From an uncultured Solibacteraceae bacterium (GTDB taxonomy: Bacteria > Acidobacteriota > Vicinamibacteria > Vicinamibacterales > SCN-69-37), in assembly GCA_964517075.1 (NCBI GenBank), contig CAZFAT010000360.1, forward strand, positions 1 through 42,414: DNA of 42,414 nt, in the 5' to 3' direction. A program made the position numbers and the translations under genes. The number at the start of each line of letters is the position of its first letter. The stretch's first letter is position 1. This document shows, piece after piece, positions 31,988-41,892 of the stretch. Under the pieces are notes generated by a model. It searched no databases, was not told the DNA's origin, and worked only from the letters and a program-made list of their open reading frames with translations.

Positions 31988-32952
31988 TGGAACTCGACGG
32001 CACGCTGATCGGCCTCGCACTCTTCGCCATTGTGCTGTTCATCATCATGGCCAAGAGCGCCGTCGTGGTGCCGCAGCAAAGCGCGTACGTCGTCGAGCGC
32101 CTTGGGCGGTTCGCCGGCGTGCTGCAGGCCGGTTTTCATTTTCTCACCCCGTTCGTGGACGTCATCCGCTACCGGATGTCGCTGAAGGAGGCCGCGCTCG
32201 ACATTCCGGCGCAGGTCTGCATCACCCGCGACAACGTGCAGGTGGGCGTGGACGGCATCCTGTACCTGAAAGTGCTGAACCCCGAGCGCGCCGCGTACGG
32301 CATCTCGGACTACCATTTCGCGATCTCGCAGCTCGCCCAGACGACGCTGCGCAGCGAGATCGGCAAGATCGATCTGGACAAGACGTTCGAAGAGCGGATG
32401 AATATCAACGCCCAGCTCGTAACCGAGCTCGACAAGGCGTCCGAGGCGTGGGGCGTCAAGGTCCTCCGCTACGAGATCAAGAACATCACGCCCCCGCACG
32501 ACGTCCTCGCCGCGATGGAAAAGCAGATGCGTGCCGAGCGGGAAAAGCGCGCCGTCATCCTGACCTCGGAAGGCTCGCGCGACGCCGCCATCAACAACGC
32601 CGAAGGCGACAAGCAGCAGGTCATCAAGGCTTCGGAAGCACGGCGGCAGCAGCAGATCAATGAGGCCGAAGGCGAAGCCTCGGCCATCCTGGCCGTGGCC
32701 CGTGCGACTGCCGAGGGCATCCGCCAGGTCGCCGACGCCATTCGCCAGCCCGGCGGCGTGGAGGCCACGCAGCTCCGTGTGGCCGAGAACTACCTGACGC
32801 AGTTCGGCGCCCTGGCGCAGAAGACCAACACCCTCATCCTGCCCGCCAACGTCAGCGACGTGGCCTCCATGGTCGCGCTGGCGACCAAGGTCTTCAAACA
32901 GGCCGACGAGGGCCCAGGCGGGATCGCAGGCGGTGCGCGTCCGCGGGGCTGA
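31987..32952 (+). CDS. SPFH/Band 7 (stomatin-like, QmcA/YbbK type) protein
   Basis: VVPQQSAYVVERLGRF, ITRDNVQVGVDGILYLKV, TLRSEIGKIDLDKTFEER and GVKVLRYEIKNITPP. Classic NfeD-SPFH gene pair. Confidence 0.9.
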   Translation: MELDGTLIGLALFAIVLFIIMAKSAVVVPQQSAYVVERLGRFAGVLQAGFHFLTPFVDVIRYRMSLKEAALDIPAQVCITRDNVQVGVDGILYLKVLNPERAAYGISDYHFAISQLAQTTLRSEIGKIDLDKTFEERMNINAQLVTELDKASEAWGVKVLRYEIKNITPPHDVLAAMEKQMRAEREKRAVILTSEGSRDAAINNAEGDKQQVIKASEARRQQQINEAEGEASAILAVARATAEGIRQVADAIRQPGGVEATQLRVAENYLTQFGALAQKTNTLILPANVSDVASMVALATKVFKQADEGPGGIAGGARPRG

Positions 32953-32961
32953 CGTGCGGTT

Positions 32962-33008
32962 GATGGAGGGGCCGACCTTCAGGTCAGCCCACGAACCGCC
33001 TCTCCATC
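32962..33008 (+). repeat. REP unit GATGGAG-GG-GCCGACCTTCAGGTCAGC with an inverted head CTCCATC at 33002-33008
   Basis: It lies between convergent stops at 32952 and 33010. The minus-strand reading gives GTGG immediately 5' of the palindrome. Confidence 0.65.
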
Positions 33009-33009
33009 G

Positions 33010-33804
33010 TTAGTTGTCGCCGTCCAGCAACCCGCCCAACCTGCCGAGGACGGAGCCTTCCCCTTTGCCGCCCCGCGTGAGCCCCGGCACCGCGGAGACG
33101 ATGCGGTTCGCGAGCCTGCTGAGCGGAAGCGACTGCAGCCAGATCCGGCCGGGGCCGCGCAGGGTCGCGAAGAACAGGCCTTCGCCACCAAACAGCGCGG
33201 TCTTGATCTTGCCGACGTATTCGATCTCGTAGCTCACCGACGGCTGCAGCGCGACGATGCAGCCGGTGTCCACGCGGATGAGCTCGCCGGGCGCGAGGGT
33301 GCGCTCCGTCAGCATGCCGCCCGCGTGCACGAAGGCCCAGCCATCCCCCGTCAGGCGCTGCATGATGAAGCCTTCGCCACCGAACAGGCCCACGCCCAGG
33401 CGCTTTTGAAATGCAATGCCAATACTCACGCCCTTCGCCGCGGCGAGAAAGGAGTCCTTCTGGGCAATCAGCTCGCCGCCAATCTCGGAGAGATGCACCG
33501 CCACGATGCGGCCGGGATAGGGGGCCCCGAAGGCGAGCTTGCGCTTCTGCGTGCTGCGGTTGAGGAACACCGTCATGAAGAGCGACTCCCCCGTCAGGAG
33601 CCGCTTGCCGGCCCCCATCAACGCACCCATGAAGCCAGTCTGTTTCTGCGACCCGTCGCCGAACACCGTCTCCATCTCGATGCCGTCGTCCATGTACATC
33701 ATCCCGCCGGCTTCGGCGACCGTCGCTTCGCCCGGATCGAGCTCGACTTCGACAAACTGCAGATCTTCCCCGACGATCCGGAAGTCAATCTCGTGCATGC
33801 CCAT
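33010..33804 (-). CDS. TIGR00266/AIM24 (DUF124) family protein
   Basis: ATG 33804 with AGGAG upstream (the track start at 33903 is rejected). GESLFMTVF, GEGFIMQRLTGDGWAFVHAGG and LFGGEGLFFATLRGPGRIWLQSLP are typical of the family. Confidence 0.8.
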   Translation of the reverse strand: MGMHEIDFRIVGEDLQFVEVELDPGEATVAEAGGMMYMDDGIEMETVFGDGSQKQTGFMGALMGAGKRLLTGESLFMTVFLNRSTQKRKLAFGAPYPGRIVAVHLSEIGGELIAQKDSFLAAAKGVSIGIAFQKRLGVGLFGGEGFIMQRLTGDGWAFVHAGGMLTERTLAPGELIRVDTGCIVALQPSVSYEIEYVGKIKTALFGGEGLFFATLRGPGRIWLQSLPLSRLANRIVSAVPGLTRGGKGEGSVLGRLGGLLDGDN

Positions 33805-33965
33805 GGGTGTCTCCTGAGAAATCGGGGAGCAGTGTACGACACCGGCCGGATGCACTCTACCGGCCGCGCGCCGCGCGCGTCGTGACTGACCGAGACACCG
33901 CACACCGGGTCGTCCGGTAGTACGCTCGAACGAGCGCTCCGCCCACAGCGCACGAGGGAGACCCC

Positions 33966-34715
33966 ATGGCGCTCGAGGACTACAAACGCAGGCGCGACTT
34001 CACGAAATCGCCTGAGCCTTCGGGTGACGAGCCGCCCAAACGCGGTCGCAGGTCCAAGGGACTGTTCTTCTGTGTTCAGAAGCACCTCGCCAGCCATCTT
34101 CACTACGACCTTCGGCTCGAGCTGAACCGCGTGCTGCTCTCGTGGGCGGTGCCGAAGGGACCCTCGCTGAACCCGAGGGACAAGCGGCTGGCGATGCACG
34201 TCGAGGACCACCCGCTCGATTACGGGACGTTCGAAGGCATCATCCCCGAAGGCTACGGCGCCGGCATCGTCATGCTCTGGGACATGGGGACGTGGAAGCC
34301 GCTCGTGGACGACGTCGAGGCGGCGCTGAAGAAGGGGGACCTCAAGTTCGAGCTGGACGGCTACAAGCTCAAGGGATCCTGGGCGCTCATCCGTACGCGG
34401 GGGTACGGTGGGCAGGGCGACGGGCGGAGCTGGCTGCTGATCAAGCACCGCGACGACTGGGCGGGCGACATCGACATCACGACCTTCGCGCCGCTCAGCG
34501 TGAAGAGCAACCACGACCTGCACGAAATCCTGGCCGAGGACGACCCGAGCGTGTGGCGCACGAACCGCCCGGTCGAGGGGGGCTCGACGGGAGCCATGCT
34601 GCGCTCGATCATCGAGAAGGCAGCGACGCTCCAGGCGGAACGCGGGGCCAAGCCCCGCAAAGCGCCCGCCAAACGGCCTCGCCGACCTGCCCAGGGGAAG
34701 AAAAAGCCGACCTGA
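33966..34715 (+). CDS. stand-alone LigD-type 3'-phosphoesterase (PE) domain protein with basic C-terminal tail
   Basis: FCVQKHLASHLHYDLRLE, LSWAVPKGPS, HVEDHPLDYGTFEGIIPEGYGAG and KLKGSWALIR. The tail is KPRKAPAKRPRRPAQGKKKPT. GAGGGAG SD upstream. Confidence 0.85.
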   Translation: MALEDYKRRRDFTKSPEPSGDEPPKRGRRSKGLFFCVQKHLASHLHYDLRLELNRVLLSWAVPKGPSLNPRDKRLAMHVEDHPLDYGTFEGIIPEGYGAGIVMLWDMGTWKPLVDDVEAALKKGDLKFELDGYKLKGSWALIRTRGYGGQGDGRSWLLIKHRDDWAGDIDITTFAPLSVKSNHDLHEILAEDDPSVWRTNRPVEGGSTGAMLRSIIEKAATLQAERGAKPRKAPAKRPRRPAQGKKKPT

Positions 34716-34723
34716 AGGTCGGC
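34706..34723. repeat. REP-type hairpin GCCGACC-TGAA-GGTCGGC
   Basis: Perfect 7-bp stem. The loop TGA at 34713-34715 is the LigD-PE stop codon. The hairpin lies 8 nt from the convergent ADOP stop at 34731. Confidence 0.65.
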
Positions 34724-34730
34724 GGCATGA

Positions 34731-37061
34731 CTACTCCGGACGCAATGCGATGACCGGATCCACGCGCGCGGCGCGACGGGCGGGAACGACCGAGGCTCCT
34801 AGAGCCACGAGACCCAGCAACACGGCGCCCGCCGCAAACGTCGCCGGGTCGATGGCGGCCACGCCATACAACAGCGTCTGCAGGAAGCGCGTGAGCACGA
34901 CGGCACAGGCGATTCCCGTGGCGAGGCCAAGACCGGCGAGGAGTGCTCCGCGTCGCAGGACCAGACGCAGGACGCGTGCGGCGTCGGCGCCGAGCGCCAG
35001 GCGGATGCCGTACTCGCGCGTTCGAAGCGCGACCAGATACGCCATCAGCGCGTAGACGCCCGTGGCCGCGAGCAGGGTGCCGATCGCGGCAAAGACGCCG
35101 AGCAGCCACAGGTAGAGCTGCTGGCTGCCGATGGAACGATCGACCACGCGGTCCAGGGTCTCCACATGGAAAACGGCCTGGTTGGGCCGCACGTCGCGAA
35201 TCGCCCGGCGAATCTCGTCCACGAGTGCCGACGCCGGCCGGCCACTTCGCACCACCATCGTCGATCCCACGCTGCGCAGTTGGGCGAAATTCTGCGCGAT
35301 GGGATAGTAGATCTCCGGATCGGCCGGCCGATCGAGCCGTGCCTGCCGGACATCACCCACGACCCCGACAATGCGTCCACGATCGGTCAGCACCTGGCCG
35401 ACGGGCTGGTCGCCCGGAAGGTACTTCGCGGCGAACGCCTGGTTGACGAGCAGCACCTTCTCGGTCGTCGCGGTGTCGTCGTCCGACAACTGGCGCCCAC
35501 GCAGGATGGGAATACCCATCACCCGGAAATAGTCCGGCGTCACGTAGCGGAACTCGGCGGAGCCTTCGCCAGGCCGACTGTCGATCGTGAAACGGCCACT
35601 CCAGTTTGCGTGCTGCAACGGCAGGAGCGAAATGAATCCGGCGGCATCCACACCGGGAATCTGCGAGACCCGTTCAACGAGGATACGGGACTCCTCGGCG
35701 TCATCGACCGCCAGGTGCAGGGTCAGGACGTCGGCGGCGCGGAATCCCGTGGGCGTGCCCTGCAGGTTCAGGAACGTTCGCAGCAGGAGGCCGGCGCCGG
35801 CGACCAGCACGAAGGCCAGCGCGATCTCCGCGATCACGAGCGCCGGCTGGAGGTGCCCGTGCCGCGCACTCGCACGCGGCCCCGCCTGGAGATCGCGCTG
35901 CACGTCGCGGCCCAGCGATCCGATCGCCGGAACGAGACCAACGGCCACGCCGGTCACCACCGAGACCACGACGAGGAAGGCGAAGACCCGCCAGTCAAAA
36001 CCGATGTCTGCCGCGCGCGGGAGCTGGCTGGCCGCCAGACCGAGTAGAACGCGCAGGGCACTCGTCCCGATGAGGAGACCGACCGCTCCACCGGCGACTG
36101 CCAGCATCAGGCTCTCGACGAGCGACTGCCGGATGAGCGGCCAGCGGCCCGCGCCGAGGGCGACGCGTACCGCGATCTCGCGGCGGCGCGCGGCGGCTCG
36201 GGCCAGCAGCAGGTTCGCGACGTTGGCGCAAGCGACGAGCAGCAGCAATCCGACCGCACCCATGAGCACGAGGAGCGACTGACGCACGGGTCGAGCGACA
36301 GCCTCCGCGACCGGCGTGACGCTCGCGAAGCGGCCAGTGACGAGACTCGCGGACAGCGACGTCAGTTCGTCCCGCACCGCGTGCAGCGCCACGCGTGGAG
36401 CCATCCGCCCAACCACGGCATCCAGCCGGCCGTTGGGCACGGGGCGGGGCGCCCACGGCGTCCAGAGGTCAGTCGGCGTGGTGCGGTACGGGAACTCGAA
36501 GCGTTCGGGCATGACGCCGAGCAGGGTGAAGGTGTCGCCATCGAGCGTCAGCCCGCGGCCGATGGCCGTCGCGTCCCCCGCAAAATGCGTGAGCCAGAAT
36601 CCGTGCGACGCGACAACCACGTTGGGCGGATCGCCTTCACGGAACGTCCGGCCGTGCAGGGCGTTGACACCGAGCGTGGCAAAGAACGCGCGGTCGGCCC
36701 GGATCGTCGCCACGCGCTCGGGCATGGCGATGCCGGTCAGGTTCGCGCTGAACGGTGAGTAGGTCGCGACACTCGCCAACGTGCGCGCGTGGGTGCGCCA
36801 GCTCTTCAGATCGGCAAACGTGACGTAGGTCCCGGGCAGCCGTGGATCCGCGGGACTGCTGACCGCGAGGTGCGCGAGCCGGTCGGGATGAGGAAACGGC
36901 AGCGGCCGGAGGAGCACGCCGCTGATCACGCTGAAGATGGCCGTCGTCGCGCCGGTGCCGAGCGCGAGCGTCGCGATCGCGGCGAGGGCCACGCCCGGCG
37001 TCCGGCGCCAGCTCCGCGCGCCCAGCCGCAGGTCGCGACCGAGTCCGGTCACCCACCGCAT
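34731..37061 (-). CDS. ADOP-family (acidobacterial duplicated orphan permease) MacB/FtsX-like ABC permease
   Basis: N-terminus RSWRRTPGVALAAIATLALGTGATTAIFSVISGVLLRPLPFP. Two FtsX-type 4-TM modules are each preceded by a large periplasmic domain. No ATPase gene is adjacent. Confidence 0.85.
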   Translation of the reverse strand: MRWVTGLGRDLRLGARSWRRTPGVALAAIATLALGTGATTAIFSVISGVLLRPLPFPHPDRLAHLAVSSPADPRLPGTYVTFADLKSWRTHARTLASVATYSPFSANLTGIAMPERVATIRADRAFFATLGVNALHGRTFREGDPPNVVVASHGFWLTHFAGDATAIGRGLTLDGDTFTLLGVMPERFEFPYRTTPTDLWTPWAPRPVPNGRLDAVVGRMAPRVALHAVRDELTSLSASLVTGRFASVTPVAEAVARPVRQSLLVLMGAVGLLLLVACANVANLLLARAAARRREIAVRVALGAGRWPLIRQSLVESLMLAVAGGAVGLLIGTSALRVLLGLAASQLPRAADIGFDWRVFAFLVVVSVVTGVAVGLVPAIGSLGRDVQRDLQAGPRASARHGHLQPALVIAEIALAFVLVAGAGLLLRTFLNLQGTPTGFRAADVLTLHLAVDDAEESRILVERVSQIPGVDAAGFISLLPLQHANWSGRFTIDSRPGEGSAEFRYVTPDYFRVMGIPILRGRQLSDDDTATTEKVLLVNQAFAAKYLPGDQPVGQVLTDRGRIVGVVGDVRQARLDRPADPEIYYPIAQNFAQLRSVGSTMVVRSGRPASALVDEIRRAIRDVRPNQAVFHVETLDRVVDRSIGSQQLYLWLLGVFAAIGTLLAATGVYALMAYLVALRTREYGIRLALGADAARVLRLVLRRGALLAGLGLATGIACAVVLTRFLQTLLYGVAAIDPATFAAGAVLLGLVALGASVVPARRAARVDPVIALRPE

Positions 37062-37133
37062 CGGGGCGCTCGCATCAGACCGGCATTCTATAGAAGGCGG
37101 ACATCGTTGGCGGCACCACGATCTTGGTTGTGC

Positions 37134-37907
37134 TCAAGGAGTCGGCGCCCGGAACCGGGCGGCGATCTGTTCCGTCCCGCGCGCCAGGAGGCCGACGTCC
37201 GACCCGACGGCCGTGAAGAGACACCCAAGATCCAGATAGCGGCGCGCGAGCTGCTCGTCCGGCGTCAGGATGCCGGGCACGTTGCCGGCCCTGCGGATTC
37301 GCTCGATGGTGTCCTCGATCACGGCCTGCACGGCGGGATGTCCCGCCTGAGCCAGGTGTCCGAGATCGGCCGACAGATCGCCGGGTCCGATGAAGACGCC
37401 GTCCACGCCGTCGACGACGGCGATCGCCTCCAGGTTGCGCAGCGCGATCTGCGTCTCCACCTGGACGAGGACGCAGATCTCGTCCTCGCAGCGCGCGTGG
37501 TAGTCCTTGATGCGGCCGAAGCGTGACGCCCGCGTGGCCATCGCAAAGCCGCGCACGCCGCGGGGCGGATAGCGCGTGGCGGCCACGGCCTGCCGCGCCT
37601 CCTCAGCCGTCTGGACGTACGGGACGAGGAACGTCTGCACGCCCGCGTCGAGCAGCCGCTTGATGACGACGGTGTCGTTCCAGGGCGGCCGGACGATCGG
37701 ATGCGCCGTACCGGCGGTGACGGCCTGCAACTGGCTCAGGACCAACGGCACCTCGTTCGGGCCGTGCTCGAAGTCGATCAGCAGCCAGTCGAACCCGGCA
37801 CCCGCCAGGATCTCGGCGGCGATGGGGCTCGACAGGCTGGTCCAGAACCCAATCTGGCGACGGCCGGCCTTCAGGGCGCGCTTGAAGTGATTGACGGGCA
37901 GGTCCAC
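37134..37907 (-). CDS. garL: HpcH/HpaI-family aldolase, probably 5-keto-4-deoxy-glucarate (2-dehydro-3-deoxyglucarate) aldolase
   Basis: GTG start with GAGGAG 6 nt upstream. [32 protein letters not shown] and [16 protein letters not shown] align along the whole length with GarL/HpaI/RhmA. The specific assignment rests on the gudD neighbourhood. Confidence 0.7.
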   Translation of the reverse strand: MDLPVNHFKRALKAGRRQIGFWTSLSSPIAAEILAGAGFDWLLIDFEHGPNEVPLVLSQLQAVTAGTAHPIVRPPWNDTVVIKRLLDAGVQTFLVPYVQTAEEARQAVAATRYPPRGVRGFAMATRASRFGRIKDYHARCEDEICVLVQVETQIALRNLEAIAVVDGVDGVFIGPGDLSADLGHLAQAGHPAVQAVIEDTIERIRRAGNVPGILTPDEQLARRYLDLGCLFTAVGSDVGLLARGTEQIAARFRAPTP

Positions 37908-37944
37908 TTTGGCTCCTCGAAAAGACGTCGCCTAGACTACCCTG

Positions 37945-37968
37945 CCGACGGCGCCCGTCGGTGATAAT
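37945..37968. promoter_or_regulatory. palindrome CCGACGG-CGC-CCGTCGG abutting TGATAAT (extended -10-like)
   Basis: Read directly from the 87-bp divergent garL / uxuA-like spacer. The palindrome spans 37945-37961 and TGATAAT spans 37962-37968. Confidence 0.4.
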
Positions 37969-37994
37969 CTCGGCGCCATCTCCGAGGAGGCCCC

Positions 37995-39107
37995 ATGAAT
38001 CGCCGTGAGTTCGTCAGGCTGGCGGGCAGTGGTGTGTCGGTCGGCGCCCTGGCCGAGGCGCTGGTGTCGGCCCAGACGTCGCAGACCCCGGCGCCGGCCG
38101 GACCGCTGCCGCCGGCGCGCATGAAGGTCGGGACGCAGCACGGGGATTCGGACGCCATCCTGCGCGCGTGCGCCGCCTTTGGCGTGAACAACATCTGCAG
38201 CCGCCTGCCCTCGCGGCAGATGGACGAGGCGTGGTCGGTGGACGCGCTGTCGGCGCTCAAGGACCGCGTCGGGTCGTACGGCATCTCGCTCGACATGGTG
38301 CCGCTGCCGATGAGCTCGGTCGAGATCGCCCGTGCCGAGATGCCGGCGATTTTTCTCGGCCAGAGCCCGGAGCGCGACCGCCAGATCGACGACATCTGCC
38401 AGATGATCCGCAACTGCGCCCGCGCCGGCATCTTCCAGGTCAAGTACAACTTCACGATCATCGGCATTCCACGCTCGGGCTCCGCGCCCGGCCGGGGGGG
38501 ATCGCGCTACAGCGAGTTCGTCTACGAGCGGGCGCGGCAGGATCCACCGCTCACCATCGCGGGACCCGTCGACGCGGACACCTACTGGGAGCGCATCACG
38601 TACTTCCTCGAACGCGTGGTGCCCGTCGCCGACGAGTACAAGGTTCGGATGGGCTGTCATCCGCAGGACCCGGGCGTGCCCCGGGACTCGGGTTGGCGCG
38701 GCGTCGACGCGGTGCTCGGCTCTCCGGACGGCCTGAAGCGGTTCGTCTCGATCAAGGAGAGCCCCTATCACGGCCTGAACTTCTGCCAGGGCACGGTCTC
38801 CGAGCAGCTCGAGAAGCCGGGCGAGGAGATCTTCGACGTCATCCGCTACTTCGGGACCCGCCGCAAGATCTTCAGCGTCCATTTCCGCAACATCGAAGGC
38901 GGGTTCCTCAACTTCCGGGAAACGTTCATCGACAACGGCAGCGTGGACATGCTCAAGGCGATGCGGGTCTATCGCGAGGTCGGCTACGACGGCATGATGA
39001 TGCCGGATCACGTGCCGCAGATTCCCGGCATCGAGAGCGGCCAGGGCTTCGCCTTTGCCTTTGGGTACATCAAGGCCCTAATCGCCGCGGTATCCGCGGA
39101 AAGCTGA
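37995..39107 (+). CDS. UxuA (mannonate dehydratase)-family TIM-barrel protein carrying a twin-arginine-type signal peptide
   Basis: [28 protein letters not shown] is Tat-like. [41 protein letters not shown] and MMMPDH align with E. coli UxuA motifs. GAGGAGG SD upstream. Confidence 0.75.
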   Translation: MNRREFVRLAGSGVSVGALAEALVSAQTSQTPAPAGPLPPARMKVGTQHGDSDAILRACAAFGVNNICSRLPSRQMDEAWSVDALSALKDRVGSYGISLDMVPLPMSSVEIARAEMPAIFLGQSPERDRQIDDICQMIRNCARAGIFQVKYNFTIIGIPRSGSAPGRGGSRYSEFVYERARQDPPLTIAGPVDADTYWERITYFLERVVPVADEYKVRMGCHPQDPGVPRDSGWRGVDAVLGSPDGLKRFVSIKESPYHGLNFCQGTVSEQLEKPGEEIFDVIRYFGTRRKIFSVHFRNIEGGFLNFRETFIDNGSVDMLKAMRVYREVGYDGMMMPDHVPQIPGIESGQGFAFAFGYIKALIAAVSAES

Positions 39108-39134
39108 AGCGGCCGCCACGGACGGCCCTTGGAC

Positions 39135-40481
39135 ATGGCTGCTGCCCGACCCGTGTCGCCGCCAACCCCGGCCGGCATGACCCACACCCGCTATCTGGTC
39201 GTCCTGATGCTGTTCATGGTGTCGGCCGTGAACTACGCCGACCGGGCGACCCTGTCGATCGCCGGGAGCCAGCTCACGAGGGAGCTCGGGCTGAGCAGCG
39301 TCGCGATGGGCTACGCCTTCTCCGCGTTCGGCTGGGCGTACGTCATTGGGCAGCTCCCCGGCGGCTGGCTCCTCGATCGCTTCGGGTCGAAGCGGGTCTA
39401 TGCCGTCAGCATCGTGGCGTGGTCGATCTTCACGTTCCTGCAGGGGTTCATCGGCTTCTTCGCGGTGTCGACCGCGATTGTCGTGCTCTTCGCGCTGCGA
39501 TTCCTGCTGGGCCTTGCCGAGGCGCCCTCGTTTCCGGGCAACGGACGCATCGTGGCCGCGTGGTTTCCCACCGCCGAGCGCGGCACCGCGTCGGCCATCT
39601 TCAACTCCGCGCAGTACTTCTCGACCGCGATCTTCGCGCCGTTCACCGGCTGGCTCGCCTACAGCTTCGGCTGGCCCTACGTGTTCTGGGTGATGGGCGT
39701 CATCGGCTTCATCTTCGCGGGCGTCTGGCTGAAGACGATCTACAGCCCGCGCGATCATCCGCACATCAGCGCGAGCGAACTCGAGTACATCGAGCGGGGC
39801 GGCGGCCTCGTGGACATGGACCGCGCCGCGCGGGCGCGCCTGGCCGCGGCCGGCCCCAGGCCCAACTACCTCGGCCAGTTGCTCCGCAACCGGATGCTGC
39901 TCGGCGTGTACATCGGCCAGTACTGCATCACGACCATCACGTACTTCTTTCTGACCTGGTTCCCGCTGTACCTCGTGCAGGAGCGCGGCATGACCATCCT
40001 CACGGCCGGACTGGCGGCGTCGCTGCCGGCCATCTGCGGCTTCTTCGGCGGCGTGCTCGGTGGTGTCTTCTCCGATCGCCTGCTCAGGCGCGGTTTCTCG
40101 CTCACGGTCGCGCGCAAGGTGCCGATTGTGACCGGAATGCTGCTCTCGACCAGCATGATCCTCTGCAACTACGTCGACTCGTCCACGGTCGTGGTCTGGA
40201 TCATGGCGCTGGCTTTCTTCGGCAAGGGCGTCGGCTCGCTCGGATGGGCGGTGGTGTCGGACACCTCGCCGAAGCAGATTGCCGGGCTCAGTGGCGGCCT
40301 CTTCAACACGTTCGGCAACATCGCCGCCATCACCACACCCATCGTCATCGGTTACATCGTGCAGTGGACGGATTCCTTCAACGGCGCGCTCGTGTTCGTC
40401 GCGGCCAACGCGCTGATGGCGATCGTGGCGTACCTCTTCATCGTCGGTGAGATACGCCGGGTGGAGCTCACGCAGCCGTGA
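39135..40481 (+). CDS. gudP: MFS anion:cation symporter, glucarate/galactarate permease-like
   Basis: [61 protein letters not shown], near-colinear with GudP/GarP. ATG 39135 is preferred over the TTG at 39129 used by the track. Confidence 0.8.
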   Translation: MAAARPVSPPTPAGMTHTRYLVVLMLFMVSAVNYADRATLSIAGSQLTRELGLSSVAMGYAFSAFGWAYVIGQLPGGWLLDRFGSKRVYAVSIVAWSIFTFLQGFIGFFAVSTAIVVLFALRFLLGLAEAPSFPGNGRIVAAWFPTAERGTASAIFNSAQYFSTAIFAPFTGWLAYSFGWPYVFWVMGVIGFIFAGVWLKTIYSPRDHPHISASELEYIERGGGLVDMDRAARARLAAAGPRPNYLGQLLRNRMLLGVYIGQYCITTITYFFLTWFPLYLVQERGMTILTAGLAASLPAICGFFGGVLGGVFSDRLLRRGFSLTVARKVPIVTGMLLSTSMILCNYVDSSTVVVWIMALAFFGKGVGSLGWAVVSDTSPKQIAGLSGGLFNTFGNIAAITTPIVIGYIVQWTDSFNGALVFVAANALMAIVAYLFIVGEIRRVELTQP

Positions 40482-41821
40482 CCACCTGGTCCGGCACGCC
40501 GGTCGTGACCGGGATGCGGGTCATCCCGGTCGCGGGCCACGACAGCATGCTGCTCAACCTGAGCGGCGCGCATGCCCCTTTCTTCACGCGCAACCTGGTC
40601 GTACTCCAGGACAACGCCGGACACACGGGCGTGGGCGAGGTGCCCGGCGGCGAGCGCATTCGCGAAACGCTGGTCGCGGCCTCGGCGCTCGTGGTCGGGC
40701 AGTCGATTGGCCGCCACGCCGCCATACTTGGCGCCATCCGCGACCGATTCGGCGTCCTCGACGCGGGCGGGCGCGGCCTGCAGACGTTCGACCAGCGCGT
40801 GATGATTCACGCCGTCACGGCCATCGAAGCCGCCCTCTTCGATCTGCTGGGTCAGTGCCACGGCGTACCGGTCGCGGCGCTCCTCGGTGACGGCGCGCAG
40901 CGACCGGCCGTCGAGGTGCTCGGGTATCTGTTCTTCGTCGGCGATCGACGCAAGAGCGATCTGCCCTATCAGTCTCCTCCCGAGCGGCCGCGGGACGACT
41001 GGGACCGTCTGCGCCGCGAGGAGGCGATGACGGGTGACGCGGTCGTGCGCCTCGCCGAGGCGGCTCACGCGCGCTATGGATTTCGCCACTTCAAGCTGAA
41101 AGGCGGTGTGCTCGCCGGAACCGACGAGATGGCGGCGGTGGCGGCACTGGCGTCGCGATTCCCCGGCGCCCGGATTTCCATCGACCCGAACGGCGCGTGG
41201 TCGCTCGAGGAAGCCATCTCGCTCTGCCGCGACCGTCACGACGTGCTCGCCTATGCCGAAGACCCTTGCGGCGCCGAAGCCGGCTACTCGGGCCGCGAGA
41301 TCATGGCAGAGTTCCGACGCGCGACCGGCCTGCGGACCGCGACCAACATGATTGCGACCGACTGGCGCCAGCTCGGCCACGCCCTGCAGCTCCAGGCCGT
41401 GGACATCCCCCTCGCCGACCCTCATTTCTGGACGATGCAAGGGTCGGTGCGCGTGTCGCAGGTGTGCCGGGCCTGGGGTCTGACGTGGGGGTCGCACTCC
41501 AACAATCACTTCGACATCTCGCTGGCGATGTACACCCACGTGGCCGCGGCCGCGGCCGGCCCAATCACCGCGATCGACACGCATTGGATCTGGCAGGACG
41601 GCGAGTATCTGACGAAGGACCCGCTGGAGATCAAGGGTGGTGCCCTGGCCCTCCCCGACCGGCCCGGCCTCGGCGTCGAGCTGGACATGGCCCGTGTGGA
41701 TGCCGCGCACCGGCTGTATCAGCAAATCGGCGTCGGCGCCCGAGACGACGCCGCGGCGATGCAGTGTCTCATCACGGGCTGGACCTTCGATCCGAAGCGG
41801 CCGTGTCTGGTGAGAGATTGA
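40478..41821 (+). CDS. gudD: D-glucarate dehydratase
   Basis: GTG start overlapping the transporter stop (GTGA). [59 protein letters not shown] is nearly identical in pattern to the E. coli GudD N-terminus. Enolase-superfamily length. Confidence 0.92.
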   Translation: MTTWSGTPVVTGMRVIPVAGHDSMLLNLSGAHAPFFTRNLVVLQDNAGHTGVGEVPGGERIRETLVAASALVVGQSIGRHAAILGAIRDRFGVLDAGGRGLQTFDQRVMIHAVTAIEAALFDLLGQCHGVPVAALLGDGAQRPAVEVLGYLFFVGDRRKSDLPYQSPPERPRDDWDRLRREEAMTGDAVVRLAEAAHARYGFRHFKLKGGVLAGTDEMAAVAALASRFPGARISIDPNGAWSLEEAISLCRDRHDVLAYAEDPCGAEAGYSGREIMAEFRRATGLRTATNMIATDWRQLGHALQLQAVDIPLADPHFWTMQGSVRVSQVCRAWGLTWGSHSNNHFDISLAMYTHVAAAAAGPITAIDTHWIWQDGEYLTKDPLEIKGGALALPDRPGLGVELDMARVDAAHRLYQQIGVGARDDAAAMQCLITGWTFDPKRPCLVRD

Positions 41822-41833
41822 GCACGTGCTTCC

Positions 41834-41892
41834 GCCGACCTAAAGGTCGGCGGCTCCATCTCAGCAATGGAGAGGCCGACCTTCAGGTCGGC
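41834..41892. repeat. head-to-head REP doublet forming a roughly 59-nt composite palindrome
   Basis: GCCGACCTAAAGGTCGGC-GG-CTCCATC (41834-41860, minus orientation), then tcagc, then AATGGAG-AG-GCCGACCTTCAGGTCGGC (41866-41892). The minus-strand reading of the right copy is GTAG + palindrome. Confidence 0.75.
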
